Source: a virus (Duplodnaviria; Caudoviricetes). From it: a stretch of DNA of 26,988 bases. Made by a program: the position numbers and the translations under genes. Shown one piece after another: positions 25,235-26,988 of this stretch. The number at the start of each line of letters is the position of its first letter. The stretch's first letter is position 1. The stretch covers positions 1 to 26,988 of the IMG/VR virus record IMGVR_UViG_3300047545_001071. One strand, 5' to 3'. The notes beneath the pieces are model-generated. The model was given only the letters and a program-made list of their open reading frames with translations. It was not told where the DNA came from and searched no databases.

Positions 25235-25540
25235 TTAACTACCGATGTATACTTCGAAGGTATGATCACCTGGAGCACCTTGTACCTCATACCACGAACG
25301 AATATCATCTACATCTCCGTACATATCTCTAACATCTTCACCTTGCATCACTGTAGCCTTCTTCCAATTAGATGCCATTGTCATGATCATGCCTTGAGGT
25401 TGGATCATCTTGTATGGATTCAATTGATAGAGCTCATCATCTTTAATGAAGTAAATGTACTTGCCGGTTACTTTAACCGGAGCACTTGCTCCTTTGATTT
25501 CAGAATACATCTCTGAGAGTACTTTATATGGTTTACGCAT
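25235..25540 (-). CDS. Hypothetical late protein (101 aa)
   Basis: TAAATA at 25546-25551, 5 nt before ATG; N-terminal VLSEMY motif. Confidence 0.75.
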   Translation of the reverse strand: MRKPYKVLSEMYSEIKGASAPVKVTGKYIYFIKDDELYQLNPYKMIQPQGMIMTMASNWKKATVMQGEDVRDMYGDVDDIRSWYEVQGAPGDHTFEVYIGS

Positions 25541-25551
25541 AGTATTATTTA

Positions 25552-25827
25552 TTACAATCCTTTTAAATTTAGATCTACTTCTTTACCTTTACCATATATG
25601 GTATCTAAATTCTTTCGGTGTTCAACTTCTTTTTTCCAATCTTCGTAACTGTATTCCTTTCCATCTATATGCCATTGTTTAAATCCATCTTCATATTCAA
25701 TAGCAGGACCATCTAAACGGTGATAATGCCCTTGTTTATCGCGCCAAATTTTATTATCAAAAAAATCTATAGTTAAAGTAGACTCATCTTCTGGACTTAC
25801 ATCTCCGGTCTTTTCATTATTATGCAT
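25552..25827 (-). CDS. HRxDGPA-motif protein (91 aa) with the C-terminal tag; duplicate of the last module of the upstream polyprotein
   Basis: GHYHRLDGPAIE; 258-nt direct repeat 25558-25815 vs 25832-26089; start overlaps the upstream stop (ATGCATAA). Confidence 0.75.
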   Translation of the reverse strand: MHNNEKTGDVSPEDESTLTIDFFDNKIWRDKQGHYHRLDGPAIEYEDGFKQWHIDGKEYSYEDWKKEVEHRKNLDTIYGKGKEVDLNLKGL

Positions 25828-26988
25828 TGAAACCTTTTAAATTTAGATCTACCTCTGAACCTTTACTATAGATAGTATCTAAATTCTTTCGGTGTTCAAC
25901 TTCTTTTTTCCAGTTTTCGTAACTATAATGTATTCCATTTATCCACCATTGTTTATCTCCATCAGCCCATTCAATAGCAGGGCCATCTAAACGGTGATAA
26001 TGCCCTTGTTTATTACGCCAAAATTTATTACCATTAATATACATCTTTAAAGTAGACTCACCATCTGGACTTACACCCCCGGTCTTTTCTTCTTGTTCAG
26101 TTAAAGCACTTATATTTAAACCAGATTGTTCAGAACCTTTCTTATGAATATTAGCTATGTTTAAACTCGAACGCCAATTCTCCATTTTATCTTTTAACTG
26201 AGAAGTTATATACTCTTTCATGCCTGCTTCTTTTTTACTACCAGCGTAAGCCCAAGGTCTTATATATTGACCATAAATTGTAAAGGCTAGGTTTAATACA
26301 GGTACTAGGGCTTTATCGTTTTTGGTAAGATCGATAAAATCATATAAACTTCTTACATACCCTATACCTATAGGTTCTCTGTTTATTCTTTTAGTTTCAT
26401 ATTCATCGTTATGATGTTTGTATATTTGTTCAGCAACACTTAACATTTGTTCAACGTCAGTTGCTTTTAAGATAGAATTATATACTGTTTCTAAAGAGGT
26501 AAAGTCTACCTTAATAGGTATTTGCTGCTCCAAAAGACCGGTCATCTTTAAACCAGTTTCTTCTTCGCCTTTCTTATATACCGGTCTTGCAGCAGTGTCT
26601 GTTACCCATTCAATATGTTCAGGTGAAGAGGTGTCTTTTAAGAAATCATTATAAAACCCAAAAAAGCGGTCGCGTACCATATCATCAACAACACTCTCTT
26701 TATAACTTAGATCTTTTAAATCTTCTGGTTCTGCATTATTATCAAATACTTCATCATATATATCTCTCCAAGAAAAATACCAATCTTCAATTGAAGCATA
26801 CACGTCATCATCTAGTGTATCGTCAGTACGTTGAAGCCATTTAAAAAAGTATTTAAAGCCGGGCTTGTCTTTTATGTACTGCACTTTCTTTTTAATCTCA
26901 TTATATTCCTCATCAGTCTCTATCAGACTAGTCATCTTTAACCCGCTTTCATCTTCCCCTTTCTTATATTCTGGCTCTACATTTTTCC
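25820..26988 (-). CDS. Modular polyprotein, 5'-partial (frame stays open to the right edge); modules separated by a repeated linker
   Basis: Upstream of Met 26935 the frame reads KNVEPEYKKGEDESGLK-MTSLIE with no stop, so the annotated Met lies inside a linker copy; linkers recur at 130-, 144- and 92-aa intervals. Confidence 0.85.
   Translation of the reverse strand, partial: KNVEPEYKKGEDESGLKMTSLIETDEEYNEIKKKVQYIKDKPGFKYFFKWLQRTDDTLDDDVYASIEDWYFSWRDIYDEVFDNNAEPEDLKDLSYKESVVDDMVRDRFFGFYNDFLKDTSSPEHIEWVTDTAARPVYKKGEEETGLKMTGLLEQQIPIKVDFTSLETVYNSILKATDVEQMLSVAEQIYKHHNDEYETKRINREPIGIGYVRSLYDFIDLTKNDKALVPVLNLAFTIYGQYIRPWAYAGSKKEAGMKEYITSQLKDKMENWRSSLNIANIHKKGSEQSGLNISALTEQEEKTGGVSPDGESTLKMYINGNKFWRNKQGHYHRLDGPAIEWADGDKQWWINGIHYSYENWKKEVEHRKNLDTIYSKGSEVDLNLKGFNA

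Noticed and set aside
25820-25845. Programmed -1 frameshift at T-TTA-AAA joining the polyprotein to the next ORF
   Set aside because: The downstream ORF is in the +1 frame and the -1 frame stops within a few codons; ATGCATAA coupling explains the overlap.
25558-26089. The two copies as a DGR template/variable repeat pair
   Set aside because: Differences are not confined to adenines of either copy (e.g. GAT/TAT, CGC/CGT, CAT/TGG), and there is no RT in the window.
1-26988. Stop-codon reassignment
   Set aside because: Conserved genes (terminase, gp14-like, DUF932) are intact in the standard code, and TAA, TAG and TGA all end genes at cassette borders.

Overview
A 27-kb piece of a large T4-like (myovirus-type) phage genome with three zones. 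(1) 1-15365 is a late/structural zone. It holds a collagen-like fibre with a probable S74 chaperone domain (running off the left edge and missed by the ORF track), three Ser-Gly-X repeat proteins (the fibre included; one is 1862 aa), a gp14-like neck protein, an acidic probable head-core protein, the large terminase, a PD-(D/E)XK-like nuclease, FeoA-like and ferredoxin genes, and small proteins. Most of these genes have a TAA(A/G)TA motif (resembling the T4 late promoter TATAAATA) 5-12 nt before the start codon. (2) About 15400-24220 is a visibly more GC-rich island bracketed by two related A-tract elements. It is an array of small minus-strand genes, most with their own sigma70-type promoter (TTGNNN-N16/17-CATAAT-like), many leaderless or nearly so, and four share an identical 22-bp core. 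Three unrelated free-standing endonuclease genes sit in it in the opposite orientation with the same architecture, and one terminator-insulated unit has mRNAs almost devoid of cytosine. (3) 24250-26988 holds small genes and the 3' part of a modular polyprotein. Its unrelated domains each end in a conserved ~17-aa tag, followed internally by a T4 gp21-type L-x-E site, and the same tag ends two stand-alone proteins. All calls were made by eye; no database searches were run.
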